The notes under the pieces are model-generated. The model made no database searches. It saw nothing but the letters and a program-made list of their open reading frames with translations, and was not told the DNA's origin. Source: Nitrosovibrio sp. Nv4 (lineage in GTDB: Bacteria > Pseudomonadota > Gammaproteobacteria > Burkholderiales > SG8-39). Taken from it: a stretch of 62,501 nt of DNA. The first letter of the stretch is position 1. Each line of letters starts with the position of its first letter. The translations under genes were made by a program, and so were the position numbers. The stretch is taken from contig CAMDRF010000004.1 in the NCBI GenBank assembly GCA_945906765.1, positions 1 to 62,501 of the forward strand, given 5' to 3'. Shown one piece after another: positions 27,801-36,617 of this stretch.

Positions 27801-28469
27801 TCAGTCCAACCTGGTGCGCAGGTCGGCGATGTCTTTGTGGGGAATAAAGAGGCCGCAGCCGAGCATGCGCCCGGCGCCCAGGCCGTGCTGTTGCAGCGCG
27901 AGCGCGTGCTCAGGTGTGAGGCCCGCCAACATCAGGCTGCGGGTCTGGTAGCTGCGCGCCGGGGTTGCGACCCGAGTCACGCGGCCGCACAACATCCTGT
28001 CAGCGTTGATACCGAGCGCGCCAAGCTCGTCGGCCGCGGCGGCCAGAAACGCGGCCTCATCGTCCACGGCTTCACTGTTCGTGTCCGCGAGCACCACGCA
28101 GCGCGAAAACAGGGTCGTGATGCGCGACAGCGGTCGCACGGCGAGCCTGTCCAGGCGCAGCGGGCAACCAGCGACCTCCAGGGTGCGGCCGAGCAGGGCG
28201 CAGGCGTTGTCCAGGCGGTGCCGGGGCAGGCGCAGTGCGAGCTTGGCACGACGCGAAAGTTGCAGCATCGCGTCCGCACCCTCGGGCCGCATCCAGCCGC
28301 TTGCCGAAGCCGCGCCGTAGACGGTATGCAGGCCGGCGCCGGGCTCCTCGGCAAACCAGGGCAGCGCGCCCTGGATCGCCTGCGACAGCGCGTAGGCATG
28401 ATCGACCGGCAGGCTGCGGCAGGAGATGGCGAACACCGCGTCCACGATATCGGCGAGAGCATCCTGCAT
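27801..28469 (-). CDS. cas6: Orphan Cas6-like RAMP protein (Cas6/Cmx6, type I-MYXAN-like)
   Basis: N-terminal LPVDHAYALSQAI, LALRLP, C-terminal Gly-rich loop GLGAGRMLGCGLF; no other cas gene or array in window. Confidence 0.75.
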   Translation of the reverse strand: MQDALADIVDAVFAISCRSLPVDHAYALSQAIQGALPWFAEEPGAGLHTVYGAASASGWMRPEGADAMLQLSRRAKLALRLPRHRLDNACALLGRTLEVAGCPLRLDRLAVRPLSRITTLFSRCVVLADTNSEAVDDEAAFLAAAADELGALGINADRMLCGRVTRVATPARSYQTRSLMLAGLTPEHALALQQHGLGAGRMLGCGLFIPHKDIADLRTRLD

Positions 28470-28470
28470 T

Positions 28471-29193
28471 TCAATCCACGGGCAACGCGGCCTGCAGGGC
28501 CTCGCGGTCGAACCACCAGTCGTCCTGCACCAGCACATCGACGACGTTGCGCAGGCGCGGCAGGAACAGCGCCGGATCGCTGAGTTCCATGTCCTCGATC
28601 CACTTGTTGAAGTTCTGCTGCCCGTCGACGCCGCTGTGCCGGCGCGCGACCGTGGCGAGCACCTGGTTGGCGTAGAGCAGCAGATGATCGCGCTGCGGTT
28701 CCCTGGCGCGCATATCCACCAGGTAGTACGCCGTGACCGCGGCCACCGCCGCGCCGTCGGCGTCGGGCGGCGTCTCCTCGACCACGCGCTGCAGGAGCGC
28801 GACGCTCAGCTCCGGATCGATCGGGTAGGTCACGGCGAGCCAGATGCCGTGGCCGAGCGCGGCGAGCGATTGCGGCTGGTCGGAAAGGAACAGAATGTCG
28901 CAACACTGCGCCGCGCCCTCCCAGGCCTGTTCGGCCATGTACAGGTCGAAGGCTTCGCGCGCGGCGGCCCAGGCTTCGGCATGCTTTTCGAGCCGTACCA
29001 GCGCGCGGCCCAACTGCAGCAGCAGGTCGGCGCGCCGCAGCGTTTCCGCGCCGGCGGAGAGCTCCGCGAGCTGGCCGCGCAGATCCTCCACCAGGCGCTT
29101 GAGCATGCCGGTGGACTCCTTCGCGTCCTCGCTGTTGTCGGCGTTGCCGACGGCCGGATCTTCCTTGATGTACTTGAGAGGGATATGCTTCAT
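28471..29193 (-). CDS. Hypothetical all-helical (TPR-like) protein
   Basis: 240 aa; LLLQLGRALVRLEKHAEAW TPR-like segment; overlaps the TauD-like stop. Confidence 0.72.
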   Translation of the reverse strand: MKHIPLKYIKEDPAVGNADNSEDAKESTGMLKRLVEDLRGQLAELSAGAETLRRADLLLQLGRALVRLEKHAEAWAAAREAFDLYMAEQAWEGAAQCCDILFLSDQPQSLAALGHGIWLAVTYPIDPELSVALLQRVVEETPPDADGAAVAAVTAYYLVDMRAREPQRDHLLLYANQVLATVARRHSGVDGQQNFNKWIEDMELSDPALFLPRLRNVVDVLVQDDWWFDREALQAALPVD

Positions 29194-30116
29194 TCGGGTC
29201 TTGCGCCGTTTATGCGGCCGGAGTATCGGGCGCGGTATACCAGCCTGCCCGGGCCGGACGCCCGGTAATCGCTGAAAGCAGTACGGTCGTGCAGCACGTT
29301 GTTGCACACCAGCCCCTGGCCACCGGCAAGACGCAGGGAAAACACGTACCGGGAGCCTGCGGGCGAATCCGCATCGAGAATCCCATTGAGAAACGCCACC
29401 GCGGCGCGCGTGGTTTCGCCGGATTGCCATTCGACGCTGCGCGTGCGCGCGGTGTAACGCATGTGCAGCGTGCCGGCGTCGGTGGAGAACACCGGACCGG
29501 ACTGGGCGGGCCGGATCACGGTTCCCTGCTCAGTATTGGCGGGAATGGTCATCGCATCCGGCGCCGAGAGCGCCTTGACGTATTCCGGGTCTGCGTCGCG
29601 CAGCAAAAGGTAGGCGATCTCGTGATCGAGCAGGCGGTTTGCGCCGCCTGTGGCGGCGGGCCGCACGCAGTGCAGGATGAAGGCGCCGATGCGCTGTTGC
29701 GGGGCATTGTAGTAGCCATCGGTATGCCATCGCAGGCGCTGGTTCGAGTAAGGAATGTAGCCAAGGCCCGATTTTCCCGGCGTCACCTCGAGCGAGCTGA
29801 CGCCGTCTTCGTCCGCGAGCGGATTGGCATGCAAGCGTCCAAGGCCCAACTGCAGGCCCAGGCAGCCAGCGATGTTCTTGTCGGCGACGCCGGCAAGGGG
29901 GCATGCATAGACGGCCATATTCGCCATGCCGCACACGCGACGGAGTTCTTCCGCCTCGCTGTCGCTCAGTTTGCGCGGATCGCGCACTTCCACGATCAGG
30001 TCCTCGGCGCGGCGCGGATAGCGCGCGAGTTTTCGCTCGCGCCAGCGCAGGTAGGCATGCGAGTGCTCTGGCGCAAACGGGTCTTCGGCGGCGTCTGGAA
30101 GGAAGGCGACGTTCAA
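29190..30116 (-). CDS. TauD/TfdA-family dioxygenase
   Basis: WHTDGYY, LHCVRPAATGGAN, NNVLHDR facial triad; start uncertain (TTG). Confidence 0.85.
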   Translation of the reverse strand: MNVAFLPDAAEDPFAPEHSHAYLRWRERKLARYPRRAEDLIVEVRDPRKLSDSEAEELRRVCGMANMAVYACPLAGVADKNIAGCLGLQLGLGRLHANPLADEDGVSSLEVTPGKSGLGYIPYSNQRLRWHTDGYYNAPQQRIGAFILHCVRPAATGGANRLLDHEIAYLLLRDADPEYVKALSAPDAMTIPANTEQGTVIRPAQSGPVFSTDAGTLHMRYTARTRSVEWQSGETTRAAVAFLNGILDADSPAGSRYVFSLRLAGGQGLVCNNVLHDRTAFSDYRASGPGRLVYRARYSGRINGARPE

Positions 30117-30270
30117 GGCAGCACGTGCGGGGCCGAGTCGGGGTCGGGGAACACAACGTACCGCATAGTTGGCAGCAGCAAAATGCCGCAGCGCGGTACC
30201 GCGAGCGCCTCGAACAGGCGCGGACCGGCGCCCCTGCCGGTGCAATCTGTTGAAACAACGCTTGTTTTAG

Positions 30271-30369
30271 TGCCCCCGGGGCGGCGCGTCTATCCCTTAA
30301 GTGGGGGGTCCGCGCCGACCCGAGTATCCCCAAAGATCCCGCAGATCCCCGAGGCGGCATAAGGGGGCA
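30271..30369 (+). promoter_or_regulatory. Structured dsrA leader / divergent control region
   Basis: 11/12-bp stem 30277-30288 with 30311-30322; TGCCCCC 30271-30277 complementary to GGGGGCA 30363-30369; ATCCC repeated four times. Confidence 0.45.
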
Positions 30370-30427
30370 ACGTTACACTTTTGCGCACCGTTCTGGCCCG
30401 ATCCTGTACTGCCTGGAGGAGGAATCC

Positions 30428-31738
30428 ATGTCCGAGCCGCAACAGCCGCCCAACAACCCCGAGCGGCACAGCACCTTCATGCCGAAGGAAAAGCACTCGA
30501 GCAAGCCGTTTCATCCGACGCCCATGCTCGACCAGCTCGAGAGCGGACCCTGGCCGAGTTTCGTCACCGGGCTGAAGCGCCTGGCGAACGAGAACAACAT
30601 GATGGTCGACCTGCTCGGCCAACTGGAGCATTCCTACAAGACGCGCCTCGGGTACTGGAAAGGCGGCACGGTGTCGGTGTTCGGCTACGGCGGTGGCATC
30701 ATCCCGCGCTTTTCCGAAGTCGCGAGCATGTTCCCGGAATCGAAGGAGTTCCACACGCTGCGCGTACAGCCCCCGGCGGGCAATCACTACACCACCAAGC
30801 TGCTGCGCCAGCTCTCGGGTTCCTGGAGCAAGTGGGGCTCGGGCCTGGTCGCCTTCCATGGCCAGACCGGCAACATCATGTTCATCGGCGCCACCACCGA
30901 GAACACCCAGCATTTCTTCGACGAGATCAACGAGTACGGTTTCGATCTGGGCGGCGCCGGCCCTTGCGTGCGCACCGCCATGTCGTGCGTCGGCGCGGCG
31001 CGTTGCGAGCAGTCGTGCGCCAACGAGCACCGCATTCACCGCACGCTGGTCAACAATTTCGTCGACGACATGCACCGCCCGGCGCTGCCCTACAAATTCA
31101 AATTCAAGGTCTCGGGCTGTCCGAACGACTGCATGAACTCCATCCAGCGCGCCGACTTCGCCGTGATCGGCACCTGGCGCGACGACATGCAGGTGGACCA
31201 GAAGGAAGTCAAGAAATACGTTGAGAGCCACGGCCGCAAGTACATGATCGACAATGTGATTGCGCGCTGCCCGACCAAGGCGCTGTCGCTCAACGACGAT
31301 GACACGCTCGAGGTCGACAATCGGAGCTGCGTGCGCTGCATGCACTGCATCAACGTCATGACCAAGGCGTTGAAGCCCGGCAAGGACCGCGGCATCACGC
31401 TGCTCATCGGCGGCAAGCGCACTCTCAAGATCGGCGACACCCTGGGCACCGTGATCGTGCCGTTCATGAAGATGGATACGGACGAGGACTACGACAAGCT
31501 GCGCCAGCTCGCCGCCACGGTGATCGATTTCTGGGCCGAAAACGGCCTGGAGCACGAGCGCATCGGCGAGATGATCGAGCGCATCGGGCTGGCGAATTTC
31601 CTGGAGGGCATCGGCGTCGATGTCGATCCCAACATGATCAGTCATCCGCGCACCAGCTCGTACGTGCGCCTGGACGACTGGGACCAGGAAGCGCAGAAGT
31701 GGATCGACCGCAAGAAGCCGGCCGCCGTCCAGGCCTGA
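30428..31738 (+). CDS. dsrA: Reverse dissimilatory sulfite reductase alpha subunit
   Basis: LESGPWPSFV, YWKGG, SCVGAARC, KFKFKVSGCPNDC, CVRCMHC. Confidence 0.98.
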   Translation: MSEPQQPPNNPERHSTFMPKEKHSSKPFHPTPMLDQLESGPWPSFVTGLKRLANENNMMVDLLGQLEHSYKTRLGYWKGGTVSVFGYGGGIIPRFSEVASMFPESKEFHTLRVQPPAGNHYTTKLLRQLSGSWSKWGSGLVAFHGQTGNIMFIGATTENTQHFFDEINEYGFDLGGAGPCVRTAMSCVGAARCEQSCANEHRIHRTLVNNFVDDMHRPALPYKFKFKVSGCPNDCMNSIQRADFAVIGTWRDDMQVDQKEVKKYVESHGRKYMIDNVIARCPTKALSLNDDDTLEVDNRSCVRCMHCINVMTKALKPGKDRGITLLIGGKRTLKIGDTLGTVIVPFMKMDTDEDYDKLRQLAATVIDFWAENGLEHERIGEMIERIGLANFLEGIGVDVDPNMISHPRTSSYVRLDDWDQEAQKWIDRKKPAAVQA

Positions 31739-31753
31739 ACGAAGGAGCGCGCA

Positions 31754-32851
31754 ATGGCACAAGCACAGGCAGTGGTGGCAAAGAAAAAAATGCGTACGCC
31801 GATCGAGAGCGGCTGTCCCGACGGCATGCAGTACATGCATCCGCTGATGATCAAGAACTTCGGCAACTGGAAGTACCACGACCGGCCCCGGCCGGGCGTG
31901 CTGCACCACGTCGCCTACTCGGGCGACGAGATCTGGACGGTGCGCGTCGGCACCCAGCGCCAGCTCGGGCCCTACGAGATCAACCTGCTGTGCGACATCG
32001 TCGACCAGTACGGCGAAGGCCACGTGCGCTTCACCATCCGCTCGAACCTGGAGGTCATGGTTTCCAGGTGGGAGAAGGTCGGCCCGCTGATCCAGGCCTT
32101 CAACGACGCGGGCTATCCGGTCGGCGGCACCGGCAACTCGGTGACCATGATCGCGCACACCCAGGGCTGGCTGCACTGCGACATTCCGGGCACCGATGCC
32201 TCGGGCGTGGTGAAGTCCCTGATGGACGAACTCTACGGCGAGTTCATCAAGGAGGAAATGCCCAACCGCGTGCACATCACCACCTCCTGCTGCCAGATCA
32301 ACTGCGGCGGCCAGGGCGACATCGCGATCAACGTGCAGCACACCAAGCCGCCGAAAATCAATCACGACCTGGTGGCGAATGTGTGCGAACGGCCTTCGGT
32401 GGTGGCGCGCTGCCCGGTGGCGGCGATCCGCCCGGCGATCGTCAACGGCAAGCCTTCGCTCGAAGTGGACGAGAAGAAATGCATCTGTTGCGGCGCCTGC
32501 TATCCGCCCTGCCCGCCGATGCAGATCAACGATCCGGAGCACTCCAAGCTCGCCATCTGGGTGGGCGGCAAGAACTCGAACGCCCGCTCCAAGCCGATGT
32601 TCCAGAAGCTGGTGGCGGCCGGCCTGCCCAACAACCCGCCGCGCTGGCCCGAAGTCGCCGCGGTGGTGAAGAACATCCTCTACACGTACAAGAAGGATGC
32701 GCGCGACTGGGAACGCGTCGGCGACTGGGTGGAGCGTATCGGCTGGCCGCGGTTTTTCGAGCTCACCGGGCTGCCGTTCACCAAGTTCCACATCGACAAC
32801 TGGCGCGGGGCGCGCAACAGCCTCAACGCCTCGGCCCACATCCGCTTCTGA
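31754..32851 (+). CDS. dsrB: Reverse dissimilatory sulfite reductase beta subunit
   Basis: HTQGWLHC, SCCQINCG, CICCGAC, PNNPPRWPE, SLNASAHIRF. Confidence 0.98.
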   Translation: MAQAQAVVAKKKMRTPIESGCPDGMQYMHPLMIKNFGNWKYHDRPRPGVLHHVAYSGDEIWTVRVGTQRQLGPYEINLLCDIVDQYGEGHVRFTIRSNLEVMVSRWEKVGPLIQAFNDAGYPVGGTGNSVTMIAHTQGWLHCDIPGTDASGVVKSLMDELYGEFIKEEMPNRVHITTSCCQINCGGQGDIAINVQHTKPPKINHDLVANVCERPSVVARCPVAAIRPAIVNGKPSLEVDEKKCICCGACYPPCPPMQINDPEHSKLAIWVGGKNSNARSKPMFQKLVAAGLPNNPPRWPEVAAVVKNILYTYKKDARDWERVGDWVERIGWPRFFELTGLPFTKFHIDNWRGARNSLNASAHIRF

Positions 32852-32877
32852 GCACGGGCGGATATGAAGGGCGCGGC

Positions 32878-33270
32878 ATGAAATTCGGCATCCTGGTCAA
32901 CGAAGGGCCCTATACGCACCAGGCCTCGGACACCGCGTACCAGTTCGTCAAGGCGGCGCTCGCCAAGGGGCACGAAATTTATCGCGTGTTCTTCTATCAC
33001 GACGGCGTGAACAACGCCACGCGGCTCACCGTGCCGCCGCAGGACGACCGCAACATCGTCAAGCGCTGGAGCGAGCTCGCCGCGCAGCACAAGCTTGACC
33101 TGGTGGTGTGCATCGCCGCGGCGCAGCGCCGCGGATTGATGGACAAGAGCGAGGCCAAGCGCAACGGCAAGGACGCCGACAACATCGCGCCGGGTTTCCG
33201 TATTTCGGGCCTGGGCCAGCTCATCGAAGCGGGTATCCAGGCCGACCGCCTGGTTGTGTTCGGCGCCTGA
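32878..33270 (+). CDS. dsrE: Sulfurtransferase DsrE
   Basis: NEGPY, FFYHDGV, VCIAAAQRRG. Confidence 0.96.
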   Translation: MKFGILVNEGPYTHQASDTAYQFVKAALAKGHEIYRVFFYHDGVNNATRLTVPPQDDRNIVKRWSELAAQHKLDLVVCIAAAQRRGLMDKSEAKRNGKDADNIAPGFRISGLGQLIEAGIQADRLVVFGA

Positions 33271-33283
33271 CACGGGAACAGCG

Positions 33284-33667
33284 ATGAGCGAAGAAAACGC
33301 CGGCGGCGTCGCCAAGAAGTTCCTGTATGTGAACCGCAAGGCGCCCTACGGCACCATCTACGCGCTCGAGTCGCTCGAAGTGGTGCTGATCGGCGCGGCG
33401 TTCGAGCAGGACGTGAGCCTCGCGTTCCTGGGCGACGGCGTCTACCAGTTAACCAAGGGGCAGGACACCAAAAGCCTGGAAGTAAAGAACTTCTCGCCGA
33501 CTTACCGGGCGCTGGAAGACTACGACGTCACCAAACTCTACGTGGAAGAGGGAGCGTTGCAGGCGCGCGGCCTGAGCGAGAGCGATCTCGTGGTCCCGGT
33601 CGAGGTGGTGAGCGCGCAGCGCATGGCCGAGATCATGGAAGGCCAGGACGTGATCCTGAGCTTTTAA
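33284..33667 (+). CDS. dsrF: DsrF
   Basis: RKAPYGTIYALESLE, GDGVYQL. Confidence 0.96.
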   Translation: MSEENAGGVAKKFLYVNRKAPYGTIYALESLEVVLIGAAFEQDVSLAFLGDGVYQLTKGQDTKSLEVKNFSPTYRALEDYDVTKLYVEEGALQARGLSESDLVVPVEVVSAQRMAEIMEGQDVILSF

Positions 33668-33678
33668 AGGCGAAAACG

Positions 33679-33978
33679 ATGCTGCATACGGTCAACAAGT
33701 CGCCATTCGACAACAGCACGCTGCAGACCTGCCTCAAGTTCGCCCGGCGGGGCAGCGCGGTGCTGCTGATCGAGGACGGCGTGTACGCGGCGGCCAGGGA
33801 CACGGCCGTCTCGAAACAGGTGCAGGAGGCCTTGAAGAGCGTGTCGATTTACGCGCTTAAGCCCGATGTCGAGGCGCGGGGCATGCAAAACCGGGTGATG
33901 GACGGCGTTCGCCTGGTGGACTACGGGGGGTTCGTCGATCTCGTGGTGGAGCACAACGCCGTGCAATCCTGGCTTTGA
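33679..33978 (+). CDS. dsrH: DsrH
   Basis: MLHTVNKSPF, LLIEDGVY, DYGGFVDL, QSWL. Confidence 0.96.
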   Translation: MLHTVNKSPFDNSTLQTCLKFARRGSAVLLIEDGVYAAARDTAVSKQVQEALKSVSIYALKPDVEARGMQNRVMDGVRLVDYGGFVDLVVEHNAVQSWL

Positions 33979-33998
33979 CCTTGAAGGGAGTACACGAC

Positions 33999-34331
33999 AT
34001 GCCTATCGAACTGAACGGCCAAACCATCGAAACCGATGAGGAGGGCTATCTCGCGAACCGCACCGACTGGAACGAGGACATAGCGAAGGAGATGGCGCGC
34101 CTAGACAGTTGCGACCTGGGCGAGAACCACTGGGAGGTGATCAACTTCCTGCGCGAGTACTACGAGCAGTACCAGATCGCCCCGGCGGTGCGGGTGCTGA
34201 CCAAGGCGATCGGCAAAAAGCTGGGCGCCGAAAAGGGCAACAGCAAGTACCTGTACGAGCTCTACCCCTACGGCCCCGCTAAGCAGGCCTGCAAGTACGC
34301 GGGACTGCCCAAGCCGACCGGCTGTGTGTAG
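33999..34331 (+). CDS. dsrC: Sulfur carrier DsrC
   Basis: C-terminal ACKYAGLPKPTGCV with both conserved Cys. Confidence 0.97.
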   Translation: MPIELNGQTIETDEEGYLANRTDWNEDIAKEMARLDSCDLGENHWEVINFLREYYEQYQIAPAVRVLTKAIGKKLGAEKGNSKYLYELYPYGPAKQACKYAGLPKPTGCV

Positions 34332-34361
34332 TACGCGCTTCGCCGGAACCTGGAGAGACCG

Positions 34362-35111
34362 TTGTCGGTACTGACAGTCCTCTACGCTCTTCTCTTTTAT
34401 GTCGCCACCGCCACCCTTGCCGGCGGCGTGGCCTGGAAGTGCTGGGTGTATGCGCGCACGCCGCAGCCCTTGAAGATTCCGATCCCGCCGGCGCCGGCCA
34501 CGCGCCGCGGGGTCGTGCTGCGCATGCTCACCGAGGTCACGCTCTTCCGAAGCCTGTTCCGTTCCAACAAGTGGATCTGGCTGTTTGGCTGGATCTTCCA
34601 CGTCGCGCTGCTGGCGGTGTTGCTGCGCCATCTACGCTATTTCACCGAGCCGGTCTGGTTCTGGGTGGACATGGTCCAGCCCTTCGGCCTGTACGCCGCC
34701 TTCGCCATGCTCGCCGGGCTGGTGGGACTGTGGGCGCGGCGCTTCCTGGTCGATCGCGTGCGCTACATCAGCAGTCCCTCCGATCACCTGATGCTCGCGC
34801 TGCTCGTGGCCATCGCCGCGAGCGGGCTCGCCATGAAGTATCTGGTGCACACCGACATCATCGCGCTCAAGGCGTTCTTCCTGGGGCTCATGGTTTTCAG
34901 CTGGCAGGAGCTTCCGGCCGATCCGGTGCTGCTGGTTCACCTCGCGCTGGTGGCGGTGCTCATGATCGTTTTCCCTTTAAGCAAGCTGCTGCACGCGCCG
35001 GGGGTATTCTTCAGCCCGAGCCTCAACCAGGTGGACGACGCGCGCGAGCGGCGCCACGCGGCCGGCTGGTCGGCGAAGATCGTCCGCGCCGGCCGAACGC
35101 CGGGAGGCTGA
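34362..35111 (+). CDS. dsrM: DsrM membrane cytochrome b
   Basis: NarI-like; GWIFH, LRHLRYF, SKLLHAPG; TTG start. Confidence 0.93.
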   Translation: MSVLTVLYALLFYVATATLAGGVAWKCWVYARTPQPLKIPIPPAPATRRGVVLRMLTEVTLFRSLFRSNKWIWLFGWIFHVALLAVLLRHLRYFTEPVWFWVDMVQPFGLYAAFAMLAGLVGLWARRFLVDRVRYISSPSDHLMLALLVAIAASGLAMKYLVHTDIIALKAFFLGLMVFSWQELPADPVLLVHLALVAVLMIVFPLSKLLHAPGVFFSPSLNQVDDARERRHAAGWSAKIVRAGRTPGG

Positions 35112-36605
35112 ATGGCCACCGCATTCGAGACGCCGCCGCTGGGCGAGTACCCGGTGATTCCGCTGCTGCGCGAAGGCGCCATGGCGCACAGCAAGCCGTT
35201 TGTGGCCAAGCCCGATCTTCAGAAGGGGCTCGGCTTCCCGGGCGAGCTGGTGCCCGAGTGGGAGAAGGTCGCCGTCACCAAGTTGGGCGAGCTCGTCTCG
35301 CAGTCGCGCGCCCTGCGGGTGTTCCTCGACTCCTGCGTCAAATGCGGCGCCTGCACCGACAAGTGCCACTACTATCTGGGCACCGCCGACCCAAAGAACA
35401 TGCCGGTGGCGCGCCAGGACCTGTTGCGCTCGGTCTATCGCCGCTACTACACCTTCGCCGGCAAGTTTTTCCCGTGGCTGGTGGGCGCACGCGACATGAC
35501 CAAGAAGGTGCTGGACGACTGGTACAGTTACTTTCACCAATGCTCGCAGTGCCGGCGCTGCGCGGTGTTCTGTCCCTACGGCATCGACACCGCCGAGATC
35601 TCGATGGCCGCGCGCGACATCATGGATACGGTGGGCCTGGGCCAGAAGTATTCCAACGAGATCATCGGTAAGGTCCACAAGATCGGCAACAATCTCGGCT
35701 TGCCCGAGCCGGCGCTGCGCAACACGCTCGACGGCCTGGAAGAGGACGTGAAGGAAGCGACCGGGGTGGAGGTCAAGTTCCCGCTCGACGTGAAGGGCGC
35801 CGAAGTGCTGCTCGTCACGCCGAGCGCCGATTTCTTCGCCGAGCCGCACATCGACGGACTGATCGGCTACGCCAAGGTGTTCCACGCCGCCGGCATCTCC
35901 TGGACGCTGTCTTCGCATGCCTCGGAAGCGGCGAATTTTTCGCTCTTCATCGGCAACCACGACAACCTGCAGAAGGTGGCCGAGCGCATCCGCGAGGCGG
36001 CGCTCGAGCTGGGCGTCAAGCGCATCGTGGTGGGCGAGTGCGGCCATGCCTGGCGCGTCGCCTACAGCTTCTGGAACACGCTCATCGGGCCGTTCGATTT
36101 CCTCGACCCGCGCTACCCGGCGCCGCAGCACATTTGCGAGCTGACCTACGACCTCATCCGCCGCGGCGCGCTCACGCTCGACAAGAGCGCCAACGACGAC
36201 AAGGTGGTGACCTTCCACGATTCCTGCAACGTGTCGCGCGGCTCGCGCATGGGTAATGTGCCGGGTGGGCAGTTCACCATCCCGCGCGAGATCATCCGCG
36301 CCTGCGTCAACAAGTTCGTCGACATGGCGCCCGAGACCATCGGCGAGACCACTTTTTGCTGCGGTGGCGGCGGCGGCCTGCTCACCGACGACCTGGTCGA
36401 GTTGCGCGTCAAGGGTGCGTTGCCGCGCATGCAGGCCCTCCAACGTGTGGTGGAGGAGCACGGCGTCAATTACATGGCCGCGATCTGCGCCATCTGCAAG
36501 AGCCAGTTCACCAAGGTGCTGCCTTACTACGAGCATTCCAGGGACATGATCGGCAGTGTGCACGGCCTGGTGGGCAACGCGATCGTGCTCGGACCAAAGC
36601 GATAA
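35112..36605 (+). CDS. dsrK: DsrK Fe-S protein
   Basis: CVKCGACTDKC, CSQCRRC, HDSCN, CCGGGGG (CCG domain). Confidence 0.96.
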   Translation: MATAFETPPLGEYPVIPLLREGAMAHSKPFVAKPDLQKGLGFPGELVPEWEKVAVTKLGELVSQSRALRVFLDSCVKCGACTDKCHYYLGTADPKNMPVARQDLLRSVYRRYYTFAGKFFPWLVGARDMTKKVLDDWYSYFHQCSQCRRCAVFCPYGIDTAEISMAARDIMDTVGLGQKYSNEIIGKVHKIGNNLGLPEPALRNTLDGLEEDVKEATGVEVKFPLDVKGAEVLLVTPSADFFAEPHIDGLIGYAKVFHAAGISWTLSSHASEAANFSLFIGNHDNLQKVAERIREAALELGVKRIVVGECGHAWRVAYSFWNTLIGPFDFLDPRYPAPQHICELTYDLIRRGALTLDKSANDDKVVTFHDSCNVSRGSRMGNVPGGQFTIPREIIRACVNKFVDMAPETIGETTFCCGGGGGLLTDDLVELRVKGALPRMQALQRVVEEHGVNYMAAICAICKSQFTKVLPYYEHSRDMIGSVHGLVGNAIVLGPKR

Positions 36606-36617
36606 CCGGAGATAGAC

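Noticed and set aside
30169-30187. Sigma-54-like TTGGCA...TGC upstream of dsrA
   Set aside because: GG to GC spacing does not match the required GG-N10-GC
27801-30427. CRISPR array or cas operon around the Cas6-like gene
   Set aside because: No regularly spaced direct repeats and no other cas genes seen anywhere in the window
30290-32839. 849-aa antisense ORF, and similar long shadow ORFs at 25157-26911, 34977-36563 and 36627-38924
   Set aside because: Antisense shadows of high-GC3 genes with no motifs
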